A stretch of DNA of 31,406 nt, filler included, from an uncultured bacterium (lineage in GTDB: Bacteria > Latescibacterota > UBA2968), in assembly GCA_964471275.1 (NCBI GenBank). It is 11 parts of 11 records of this genome, joined end to end, with 100 filler letters (N's around TTAATTAATTAA, not from the genome) between each part and the next. Parts side by side here need not be neighbours in the genome. Positions count along the whole stretch, not along the records: positions 8,930 to 11,770 come from CAYYGZ010000361.1; positions 11,871 to 14,672 come from CAYYGZ010000362.1; positions 14,773 to 17,548 come from CAYYGZ010000363.1; positions 17,649 to 20,400 come from CAYYGZ010000364.1; 7 more parts are not named here. One strand, 5' to 3'. Below, piece after piece: positions 9,875-18,595 of the stretch. The notes beneath the pieces were generated by a model. The model saw only the letters and a program-made list of their open reading frames with translations, did not search any database and was not told the DNA's origin. Made by a program: the position numbers and the translations under genes. Position 1 is the stretch's first letter; each line of letters starts with the position of its first letter.

Positions 9875-10606
9875 ATGTCGATTCGCAAGATCATTTCGAA
9901 CACCTGGGCGGTGGCTGTTGCAGCACTCCTGGCTGTCGTCGCGTGTGAGGACAAGGCACGAATCAAGACGCAGGAAGACAAGCTCGCCTACAGCATCGGT
10001 TACAGCATGGGCAAGAACATCGAGGCTACGCTCGATCAGAGAGGCGACAGGCCCAGCGTCGATCACCTGCTTGCGGGTATCCGGGCGGCAATACAGGGCT
10101 CATCGGATGTGATGATGGACGAGGAGATGCTCGCGATTCTCGGCGAGCACCAGAAGGCTGCCGAAGACAAGGCCCAGCAGGACGCGATTGCCGCAATGGA
10201 AGAGGCCCTGAAATCGGGTGCTGCCTACCTGGAGGGGAACAAGGACCGCGCAGGTGTCAACACGCTGCCGAGCGGGGTGCAGTACAAGGTGCTCGAAGCG
10301 GGGGATGGCATCCGAGCAACAAAGGACGATACGGTGCTCGCGCACTATGTTGGCCGATATATCGATGGCAAAGAGTTCGAAGGCACCTATGAGGCGGATG
10401 AGCCAATCTACTTCCCCGTTCAGAGAGTTATCCCGGGTTGGCAGGAGATTCTGCAGTTGATGCCATCCGGCTCCAAGTGGGAAGTGACCGTGCCGTCAGA
10501 CCTTGCGTACGGCGAGCGAGGAACCCCGACTATCCCGCCTAACTCGACATTGATATTCGAGGTAGAACTGCTGGGGATCAAAGGGAAAACGGTGGATGTG
10601 GAATAG
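9875..10606 (+). CDS. FKBP-type peptidyl-prolyl cis-trans isomerase (FkpA/FklB/Mip type), probable lipoprotein
   Basis: Lipobox-like LLAVVAC; N-terminal dimerisation motif KLAYSIG; TLPSGVQYKVL, HYVG, VIPGWQE, LAYGERG, IPPNSTLIFEVELL. RBS GAGGGG. Confidence 0.95.
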   Translation: MSIRKIISNTWAVAVAALLAVVACEDKARIKTQEDKLAYSIGYSMGKNIEATLDQRGDRPSVDHLLAGIRAAIQGSSDVMMDEEMLAILGEHQKAAEDKAQQDAIAAMEEALKSGAAYLEGNKDRAGVNTLPSGVQYKVLEAGDGIRATKDDTVLAHYVGRYIDGKEFEGTYEADEPIYFPVQRVIPGWQEILQLMPSGSKWEVTVPSDLAYGERGTPTIPPNSTLIFEVELLGIKGKTVDVE

Positions 10607-10653
10607 GATGTCCAGAACACGTGATCGGGATCGAACACCGAAGTAGAAGGCAC

Positions 10654-10686
10654 GCCCCTGTCCAGTCGGACAGGGGCACCTTTTTT
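10654..10686 (+). terminator. Rho-independent terminator after the FKBP gene
   Basis: GCCCCTGTCC-agtc-GGACAGGGGC-acc-TTTTTT. Confidence 0.8.
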
Positions 10687-10691
10687 AGGAG

Positions 10692-10994
10692 ATGCTCTTG
10701 CTAAAGCCAGCAGAGAGGAAGTCGTTGCGGAAACAGGCACACCATCTCAAACCGACGGTGTTTGTCGGGAAGGACGGTCTGTCAGAGTCCGTGATCAGTG
10801 CTGCCGGAGAATCGATCGATGCGCACGAGCTGATCAAGGTGAGGTTTGTGGATTTCAAGGACCGCAAGAAGGAACTGGCTGGACAGATTGCGGAGAAATC
10901 GGCGAGCGAGCTTGTGGGGATGATCGGCCACCTGGCGATCCTTTATCGTGAGCATCCGGATGAGAGTAAGCGGAAGATCAATGTTGATGGCTGA
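10692..10994 (+). CDS. yhbY: CRM-domain ribosome assembly RNA-binding protein YhbY
   Basis: LRKQAHHLKPTVFVGKDGL, HELIKVRF, LVGMIGHLAILYR. RBS AGGAG. Confidence 0.95.
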   Translation: MLLLKPAERKSLRKQAHHLKPTVFVGKDGLSESVISAAGESIDAHELIKVRFVDFKDRKKELAGQIAEKSASELVGMIGHLAILYREHPDESKRKINVDG

Positions 10995-11009
10995 GATCAA
11001 GAGCTGAGC

Positions 11010-11036
11010 TACGGAGAACGCAGAAGACACGGAGGA
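11010..11036. repeat. Degenerate 9-bp tandem repeat x3
   Basis: TACGGAGAA CGCAGAAGA CACGGAGGA between yhbY and truC. Confidence 0.5.
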
Positions 11037-11080
11037 AGAGCGAGACGAGAACAGGGCAAACGTCTCGATGAGGACACGCG

Positions 11081-11770
11081 TTGATCGATATACTCTACCA
11101 GGATGAGCAGTATGTGGCGGTGAATAAGCGGAGCGGGCTGGTGGTGCATCCCACGAAGCTGGCGCCGGATGCGGTCGCTGTGCTTCCGTCGCTCCGGAAG
11201 CAGTTGGGACGGTATGTGTATCCGGTTCACCGGATCGATCGCGGAACATCCGGTATCGTGCTGTTTGGGCTGGATTCGGACGCGGCGAGACGTATGGGAG
11301 CATTGATGCAGTCGCGTGCCATCGACAAGCAGTATCTTGCGGTGGTGCGTGGCTATGCGGATGATTCGGGCAGAATCGATCACCCTATCAAGGATGCGGA
11401 CAAGGTGAACGGCAAGCTGGACAGCATCACGGATTACTGGTGCGAGAGACGGGTGGAGATTCCGTATGCAGTCGGTCCGCATGAGCGATCGCGGTACTCG
11501 CTCGTGATCGCGAAGCCGCTGACGGGCAGACGTCATCAGATTCGGAAGCACTTCGTCCATTTACGGCATCCCGTGGTCGGTGACACGACCTACGGGGACG
11601 GTGACCACAACAAGCTGTATCGGAGGGCTTTCCGGTGTGGTCGACTCTTGCTGATGGCCAGTGCATTGTCCTTCACACACCCATACACCGATGAGCCCGT
11701 GAACGTCACGTGCCCAGTGCCCAAGCGTATCGAACGGCTGTTTGAGCGGTTTGGGTGGTTTGATGTGCCG
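11081..11770 (+). CDS. truC: RluA-family pseudouridine synthase, TruC-like, 3' truncated
   Basis: ILYQDEQYVAVNKRSGLVVH, catalytic HRIDRGTSG, RYSLVIAKPLTGRRHQIRKH, HPVVGD..YGDG. No S4 domain. Confidence 0.85.
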
Positions 11771-11870
11771 NNNNNNNNNNNNNNNNNNNNNNNNNNNNNN
11801 NNNNNNNNNNNNNNTTAATTAATTAANNNNNNNNNNNNNNNNNNNNNNNNNNNNNNNNNNNNNNNNNNNN

Positions 11871-12293
11871 GAACAGGCACGTCGATGCCGCAATAGACTT
11901 GCCGATCTAATACCCCACACCTGCCTCCCAGAACCACATCTGCCCGGCGCCCTCACTCCCTGTTGTTCCTGCTCCGATACGGACAAAGAGTATGGTTTTC
12001 TGCGCTTCCGGTTTGGCATTGAGAAGACACGTTACGGAGCCGTTGACTGACGGGGAGGTCCTGGCCGATCGCCCACCGGCGCCAATTACCAACCAGTCCG
12101 TGACAAGATGTATGAGACCGACGCCAACGTTCGGCAGTTTCTCATCGTAGTCATTGTAGAATCGAATATCCATACCGGCACCCATATCCAGCAATGGGAC
12201 GCCTTTCTGCATCTGCCCCGATGCGGCCAGCGGTTGAACAACAATCAGACAGGCCGTCAGGATCGTTGCAGCCCAGATCCTTCCCATTTCCAT
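11871..12293 (-). pseudogene. Secreted protein, probable outer-membrane beta-barrel; TAG at 11907-11909 may be premature
   Basis: Signal peptide (GRIWAATILTACLIVVQPLAASG) and amphipathic strands (VGVGLIHLVTDWLVIGAGG, LFVRIGAGT, WEAGVGY). The frame continues IGKSIAASTCLF after the TAG to the contig end. Confidence 0.5.
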
Positions 12294-12549
12294 CTTCCTC
12301 ATCCCCGATAAGAGCGTGGCAAGCGAGCGCATCGCAGCACTCAAAATGCAACGACAGGGCACAGGAGGATAGCGCGGATCTCAATCCTCGCTCGTCAGTC
12401 ACAATCCGGTAGTGCGGATGTGTAGCCTGGCCTTTGGCCCTGGTGTTGCGAGGGCGTCTGCACGAGGTAGTAAGTCCACCAAGGGGTAGGGACCCGTCCG
12501 AGAGTGTGGCAGCGGGGTGCGGGTGCAGGGATGGGACGTATGGCACTGT

Positions 12550-12574
12550 GCCTGCCCTGAGCGGAGCCGAAGGG
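12550..12574. repeat. REP-like imperfect palindrome GCCTGCCCTGAGCGGAGCCGAAGGG
   Basis: CCCTGAGCGGAGCCGAAGGG hairpin. It resembles a widespread bacterial intergenic repeat that translates as LRLRSGQA / PSAPLRAG in spurious ORFs. Confidence 0.7.
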
Positions 12575-12714
12575 CGGCTTGGGGGGGCGCTCTCGGGAGT
12601 ACTGGGGTTGGGCGGATTCCCCGGCGTGATGTGACCCACTCGGCGAAACCGTGTGGTGGGGACACTATAGACCTGATACACTGAGCATCATCCCAACAAT
12701 CGGCGAAGAACAAG

Positions 12715-12743
12715 AAAAAAAGGGACTCCTCTGGAGCCCCCCT
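12715..12743 (-). terminator. Rho-independent terminator downstream of purC
   Basis: Minus strand AGGGGGGCTCC-aga-GGAGTCCC followed by a T run, about 25 nt after the purC stop. Confidence 0.8.
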
Positions 12744-12767
12744 TCTTCCTTCACGATCTGATGTCTT

Positions 12768-13820
12768 CTACAACAGATGGTCGAGAATCAGATTCGTTGA
12801 TTCGACGATGCGTTGATCACGAGGCCGTAGATCCGGATCGAATGCCTTGCCTGTCAGATGTTGCAGGCCCTGAATGTAACGGACGGCAATCTCGCCGGCC
12901 TGCTCCATCGTGAACTGCTGGTCTTTCTCCGTGACCATACCGCGCGCGAATTCCTTTGAGAACGATACAGGCTTGCCATCCCGAGTCAGAGGCTGTTCGT
13001 CGTCGTCCATACGCCAGAAGCGACTGGAATCCATTGTATACAACTCGTCTGCGGCGACAATGTGACCTTCGGCGTTTATACCGTGTTCGGTCTTGGTATC
13101 CACCAGGATCATGCCGCGATCCGCGAGGTAATGGGATACCATTCCGAAGGCCATGATCGATCCGTTCCGTATCCGATTGTACTGGCCTGGTGTGCAGACA
13201 TCATTGTCGAACAGATACTGTGGATCGATGGTCCGATCAACCTTGTCCTTGGTACTGGGCGTATCCATAAGATAAGGTAGCACGCCATTGGCAGTGATCT
13301 GTGCCACTTCGATCTGATGGCCGGCATAGGAAAGGGTCGCCTCACCAGCTTCTTTGGCTTGTAGCCAATGCTGATAAAGTGAAGTGGAGGTGCTGCTTTC
13401 TGCATTGTACATGCGCAGCACGTTTTCCAGCGCAATCAGCTTGAGATTCTCCGCCGGAATCACCGTGGAGCTCGGCAGTAAACCGGGAATCTGAAACTGG
13501 GAACTGCCCACCACCGACGCCACCAGACGGAGCATGTGGTCGTGATTGTTCGCCAGTACCTGATCTTTGAACGGTATGGCGCCACGATTGACGTCGTGGG
13601 TCGATATCCGGTTGTTGCGGAACATCAGCCGGATCGGTTGTCCCGAGCCCATTACCAGATTTGGGCCAAACACCGAATCCGACACCTTCCCCTCGAGGAT
13701 GGTACAACCATCCAAACGCGGGAGATCACCATCTCTGATGATCTGCTTGATGGGTCGTCCTTCGTTGACTCGTGAGCCGCTGTCGGCTACCAACGCGCAA
13801 ATTTCGCTCTCGTTAAGCAT
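12768..13820 (-). CDS. purC: SAICAR synthase (phosphoribosylaminoimidazolesuccinocarboxamide synthase), divergent long form
   Basis: EGKVSD, NRISTHDV, IPFKDQVL, TPSTK, RGMILVDTKTEHG, ADELYTMDSSRFW, SFSKEFAR. RBS AGGAG. Confidence 0.85.
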   Translation of the reverse strand: MLNESEICALVADSGSRVNEGRPIKQIIRDGDLPRLDGCTILEGKVSDSVFGPNLVMGSGQPIRLMFRNNRISTHDVNRGAIPFKDQVLANNHDHMLRLVASVVGSSQFQIPGLLPSSTVIPAENLKLIALENVLRMYNAESSTSTSLYQHWLQAKEAGEATLSYAGHQIEVAQITANGVLPYLMDTPSTKDKVDRTIDPQYLFDNDVCTPGQYNRIRNGSIMAFGMVSHYLADRGMILVDTKTEHGINAEGHIVAADELYTMDSSRFWRMDDDEQPLTRDGKPVSFSKEFARGMVTEKDQQFTMEQAGEIAVRYIQGLQHLTGKAFDPDLRPRDQRIVESTNLILDHLL

Positions 13821-14579
13821 GGGTTATCATCTGCTCCTGGATACGTGTAGAGGTCATCACAATCCTGTCGGTGAAACGTCACACGCAACGCTGCAACCAT
13901 CGAAAACAACGATCAGAGCAGCTTGCGTAAACGCCCACTGACATCGTCATCAGTAAGTCAGAATAGAGGCTTGATCCTTATTGGGCAAGGGAATCTGGCT
14001 CGGGTATCGGCGCAGGCACGGTCGTGGGGGAGGATGCGGAAACCCATCTGCGCCCGCGCTGGAGATCGGGCGTTTTCGACTCTGGGGGCGTCCTGTACAT
14101 CGGGTTCGTCGGTCCAGTATTTCGCCATTAAACTGAGGAAAGAAGGTTTGCCTCTATGGACACAGCAGTCCTGGGAGAGATTCATCGCAAAACGAGATGC
14201 GCTCGATTGTAGCTTTGCACCACAGCAAGGAGAAAAGATGAGAACGGGAGAATCTGGGGCCCAGATGGCTCTGGAAATCAACAGGACTATCCTCTGCAAC
14301 GACAAGCAAGACGGCAGGTTCGTCTCTGTCATACACAGCCCGGGACCACTGCCCTACGGACTTGACCGGCCGTTAGAATCAGTTGATTTTGGGCGAGAAA
14401 ACAGCGGTTGGCGGTGCGATGCCTCACGCACAGCCAGGGCTCGAATGTAAGAGCGGCCGTTCTCCTACTTTAGCAGGTCAGACCGCGGTGAGAGAGGGCA
14501 GAGCAAGGAATGTGACCACCAGTGGGCTGTCGGGAGAGACGGTTCTACAATCAAGAACAGATGGATGAGGGAAAGGCGA

Positions 14580-14614
14580 GTTCAAAGTGCAAAGTGCAAA
14601 GTGCAAAATTCAAG
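14580..14614. repeat. 7-bp tandem repeat x5
   Basis: GTTCAAA GTGCAAA GTGCAAA GTGCAAA ATTCAAG. Confidence 0.85.
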
Positions 14615-14772
14615 GTGGCGTTCGGAGGCGAAGGCCGCCAAGTAGCGACTAAATCTAATAACTACCGCGTTGNNNNNNNNNNNNNNNNNNNNNNNNNNNN
14701 NNNNNNNNNNNNNNNNTTAATTAATTAANNNNNNNNNNNNNNNNNNNNNNNNNNNNNNNNNNNNNNNNNNNN

Positions 14773-15069
14773 TGGCCTGCGAGGACCTTGAAATCACACA
14801 TACACGCACAAAGCCACGGCGGCCTTGGACCAATGGCTTCGTCGAAAGACTGCAAAGCACCATCCTCCATGAACACTGGAGGATCGCCTTCAGACGGCGC
14901 TACTTCACTACACAAAGACAGCTTGAAGCTTCACTCCAACGCTTCCTCTGCTTCTACAACGACGAACGGCCACACTTCGAATACCGAACCAAAGGACGAA
15001 CACTCTCAGAGATCTTCTGGGAAGCTCAAAGGAGGACCTGAAGTGTCAACACCATTATGACACTGGACA
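14773..15069 (+). mobile_element. IS481-family element: 3' end of the transposase (14775-15041) plus right terminal inverted repeat (15044-15069)
   Basis: A frame absent from the ORF track: ACEDLEITHTRTKPRRPWTNGFVERLQSTILHEHWRIAFRRRYF..FYNDERPHFEYRTKGRTL (rve/DDE C-terminus). It is followed by TGTCAACACCATTATGACACTGGACA, ending in ACA as IS481 ends do (TGT...ACA). Confidence 0.9.
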
Positions 15070-15148
15070 ACCTAGCCTCTCCTAAGCTGTGCTTCGGAAC
15101 ACGCTCCAGCGCCAAGCTTTGAGGAACACATCAGTCAAGGTTGAGAAG

Positions 15149-15643
15149 ATGAAGACACTCTATCTGATTCGACACGCAAAGAGCAGCTGGGGAGAACCCG
15201 GTCTCGCAGATTTCGATCGTCCTCTCAACAAACGAGGCAAGCGGGACATTCTCCAGATGGGGACCCGGCTAAAGGAACTGGGAGCAGTACCTGATCTGAT
15301 CGTGAGCAGTCCTGCGAAGCGGGCAATCACGACGGCCAGGGAGATCGCAGATGAACTGGGCTACGAACGAAACAGAATTGTGCTAAATGACAGGATATAC
15401 GGCGCGACGGCTGAAGATACGCTTCGGATAGTACGGTCAACCGATGATGAACACGCGTCGGTCATGGTGTTCGGGCATAATCCTACGATGACCGATCTTG
15501 TGAATGTGTTGACGGATATCGATCTCGACAATATGCCGACGTGCGGCGCAGTCTGTGCGACTTTCGATGTAGAAGCGTGGGGAGAGTTGGGAGAAGGACT
15601 GGGGAAGTCGGTGTTCTTCAAGTATCCGAAGCTGTTGGGGTAG
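15149..15643 (+). CDS. sixA: SixA-type histidine phosphatase
   Basis: MKTLYLIRHAKSSW, DFDRPLNKRG, SSPAKRA, FGHNP, NMPTCG. Start placed at ATG 15149. Confidence 0.92.
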   Translation: MKTLYLIRHAKSSWGEPGLADFDRPLNKRGKRDILQMGTRLKELGAVPDLIVSSPAKRAITTAREIADELGYERNRIVLNDRIYGATAEDTLRIVRSTDDEHASVMVFGHNPTMTDLVNVLTDIDLDNMPTCGAVCATFDVEAWGELGEGLGKSVFFKYPKLLG

Positions 15644-15708
15644 TGATCAGCGCAAGGCGCATAGGGCAATGCAGGACGCAGTGGTGACCTGCGCCCGGGA
15701 AGATGCGG

Positions 15709-16362
15709 TTATGCTGCTGCGACGTTCGGTTCTCCCGCGATTGCTTCGAAGTTCTGCTTTGTTAGCGTTTCGCTTTCCAACAACGTATCGGCTGTTCGGT
15801 CGAGCAGGTCGCGTTTCTGCTCCAGCAGCATCCTCGCACGTGAACGCTCGCCTCTGATGATGTTCTTAACCTCCTGGTCGATCTTACGGGTCGTCTTCTC
15901 GCTGAATGGCTTATTCAGCTGTTGGACATCCAGGAAATTTCCCGTTCGGCTGTCCGCATAGCTGACAGGCCCGACGTTCTCGCTCATCCCATACTGACAC
16001 ACCATTCTCCGCGCGAGATCGGATGCTCGTTCGAGGTCGTCCTGGGCCTCCGTGGAGATACGTTCGAACACAATCTCTTCCGCAACACGCCCGCCCAACA
16101 GGTTGGCGATCCGGTCGAGGAGTTCCTCTTTGCTTATAAGATATCGATCCTCGAGGGGTGCCTGGAGTGTATACCCAAGGGCACCGATCCCGCGTGAGAC
16201 GATTGTGATCTTTTGAACCGGGTCGGCGTGTTCAAGAAAGTGACCTGTGATCGCGTGGCCTGCTTCGTGGAAGGCAATGATCCGCTTCTCCTTCGGATTC
16301 ATCCGCCGGCTCTTTCGTTCGAGACCGGCGACCACGCGTTCGATTTCATCAAACGCGTCTTG
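15709..16362 (-). pseudogene. ftsH: FtsH C-terminal peptidase M41 domain lacking the TM and AAA+ domains
   Basis: QDAFDEIERVVAGLERKSRRMNPKEKRIIAFHEAGHA (HExxH), KITIVSRGIGALGYT, LLGGRVAEE, DLERA..ARRMV..YGMS. An in-frame stop lies just upstream, inside the contig. Confidence 0.85.
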
Positions 16363-16569
16363 TCGCGATATGTTTGAGAAAACCTATGCAAGTCTCGTGC
16401 AGTGATTGCGGCTATGGTGTAAGGTGTTGATTTAGAAAGTGTTTCGGGCTGAGTGTTCGGAGAGGGCGGCATCGAATCTGCCGGTTTGACGGTTGACAAG
16501 CTGTCCGTGTGTCAGCTTTTTGCCTACTCTGTCAGACATCCACATCTGAAGAATTCGAGGGCCTGGTTT

Positions 16570-17548
16570 ATGAAGTTTGTGATTCGAGCGGGCGGTATCG
16601 GGACTCGACTCTGGCCATACAGCCGGAAGACGCATCCCAAGCAGTTTCACGCGTTCGAAGGTGATCGCACGATGCTCCAGGAGGCGTTTTATCGTGTTGA
16701 CGCGATCGCGGCGTCGGCAGACCGCTATGTGTCCACGGGATCCGCACACGTCAGGCTTGTAGGAGAGCAGCTCCCGGATCTGACACCCGATCATCTTATC
16801 GTCGAGCCGGCCCTTCGGAATACCGGGCCAGCTGTGGGTCTCGAGTGTGTACTCCTCGAGCATCACGCACCGGGGTGCACCATCGCGAGCCTTGGTTCAG
16901 ATCACCACATCGGGAAGCCAGCAGAGCTCTGTCGTCTGCTTGTCGCGGCGGAGGAAGCCCTTGTCTCCTATCCCGATTCACTCATCCTGGTTGGTGTGAA
17001 GCCGTCCTGCCCGGAGACGGCGTATGGATATATCCAGAAAGGCTCGATCTTCCACGAGGCTAAGGGAGAGCCGATCTATGAGGTTAGCGGGTTCAAGGAG
17101 AAACCAGATGCACAGACGGCCCAGGGCTATCTGGAGTTTGGCGAGTTTCTCTGGAATTCGAACATGTTCGTGTGGCGCGCCGATGCGGTGCTCCGGCTGT
17201 TTGAAAAGTTCGAGCCCGGTATCTACGACGGTCTGATGAAGATCAAGAATGCCCTCGGCACCGCGGATGATGCCAAGGTGATACAGGAGATCTATCCGAC
17301 GCTGAAAGAGATCGCGATAGACAATGCCATCCTCGAGAAGGCAGACAAGGTCGCCGTCGTTGAAGCCGATATCGATTGGAGTGACATCGGTAGCTGGGGA
17401 GCGATGTCGGACGTGCTGCCGACCGACGCTGCGCAGAATCTCCTGAACGGGAAAGTCCTTCAGATTGACACGAAGGAGACGACCGTCTACAGCCAGACCG
17501 AGAAACTGATTGCACTGGTCGGTGTCGAGAATCTTGTCGTGATCGAGA
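16570..17548 (+). CDS. manC: Mannose-1-phosphate guanylyltransferase, 3' truncated
   Basis: MKFVIRAGGIGTRLWPYSRKTHPKQF, EPALRNTGPA, SDHHI, PETAYGYI, FKEKP, WNSNMF, WSDIGSW. Confidence 0.93.
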
Positions 17549-17660
17549 NNNNNNNNNNNNNNNNNNNNNNNNNNNNNNNNNNNNNNNNNNNNTTAATTAA
17601 TTAANNNNNNNNNNNNNNNNNNNNNNNNNNNNNNNNNNNNNNNNNNNNGGTGGAGGGTGT

Positions 17661-18527
17661 ATGGACAAACGTGAATATGGTAATAAGGGCGAGATGCTGT
17701 CGATTGTCGGTTTTGGCGGCATCGTGGCGAAGGATACGACAGCGGAAGAGGCGAGCCTGCGTGTGGCTTTTGCTATCGACCAGGGGATCAACTATTTCGA
17801 TGTAGCCCCCGGATACGGGACAGCGGAAGAGTGCCTGGGACCGGCGCTGGAGCCCTACCGGAAGGATGTCTTCCTGGCGTGTAAAACAGGCCTGCGCAAC
17901 AGGGCCGGCGCGCGAGCGGAGCTGGACAGATCACTGAAGCGGTTGAAGACGGACCATTTTGATCTGTATCAGATGCACGCAATGAGGACGTGGGAAGACT
18001 TCGACGAGGCGACGGGCCCGAACGGAGCGCTCGAGACGTTCGTCGAAGCACGTGAAAAGGGCGAGGTTCGGTATCTCGGATTCTCGGCGCACTCGGACGA
18101 GGTGGCGCTGGCTCTGATGGACGCGTTCGATTTCGACTCCGTGCTCTTCCCACTCAATTGGGTCAATTACCTCGAGGCTGATTTCGGGCCAAGCGTTGTG
18201 GAGAAAGCCGCGAGCAAGGGGATGAGTCGTCTGGCTCTGAAGGCTCTGGCGCGCGGCCGTATTCCCAAGGGATACGATCGACCCTACGATCGCTGCTGGT
18301 ATGAGCCGGTCAACGACCCGGAACTGGCCAAACTGGCCCTTCGGTTTACGCTGTCTCAGCCGATCACCGCCGCCATCCCTCCCGGTGACCCCGGACTGTT
18401 CGAGATGGCGGTCAAACTGGCACAGGATTTCACACCTGTCGAGGACTCAGAGATCGCGTTTCTCAGGGATCGCGCAGCAGGCGTGACGCCGCTGGCCAGT
18501 TCGGACTGGCTGACCCCGGCACGTTAA
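17661..18527 (+). CDS. Aldo/keto reductase
   Basis: LSIVGFGG, GINYFDVAPGYG, VFLACKT, SLKRLKTDHFDLYQMH, GEVRYLGFSAH. RBS GGAGG. Confidence 0.93.
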   Translation: MDKREYGNKGEMLSIVGFGGIVAKDTTAEEASLRVAFAIDQGINYFDVAPGYGTAEECLGPALEPYRKDVFLACKTGLRNRAGARAELDRSLKRLKTDHFDLYQMHAMRTWEDFDEATGPNGALETFVEAREKGEVRYLGFSAHSDEVALALMDAFDFDSVLFPLNWVNYLEADFGPSVVEKAASKGMSRLALKALARGRIPKGYDRPYDRCWYEPVNDPELAKLALRFTLSQPITAAIPPGDPGLFEMAVKLAQDFTPVEDSEIAFLRDRAAGVTPLASSDWLTPAR

Positions 18528-18595
18528 CGCGCCGATGAACCACGAATTCGGGGACGATCGGAAGGCCGTTTCCTTTCCTGTTTGTGAGAGTGACT

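Noticed and set aside
12151..12713. ORFs 12151-12681(-) and 12399-12713(-)
   Set aside because: They are Pro/Arg-rich translations of REP-like non-coding DNA (LRLRSGQA / PSAPLRAG) with no protein motifs.
13821..13960. ZTP or purine riboswitch upstream of purC
   Set aside because: I could not find the ZTP consensus elements (GACTGGCG, GGGAG, GCCTGGG) or a purine-riboswitch core on the minus strand.
14413..14548. Group II intron remnant (GTGCG plus a hairpin ending ACGGTTC)
   Set aside because: There is no proper domain V (AGC/CGC triad stem with GNRA loop) or domain VI, and no RT fragment. The hairpin is better explained as a GTAG-type REP.
14788..15060. 90-aa Ser/Thr-rich ORF
   Set aside because: It is an alternative frame of the IS481 transposase 3' end.
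16493..16530. Sigma70 promoter for manC (perfect TTGACA)
   Set aside because: No acceptable -10 hexamer lies at 16-18 bp spacing; TACTCT is 26 bp away.
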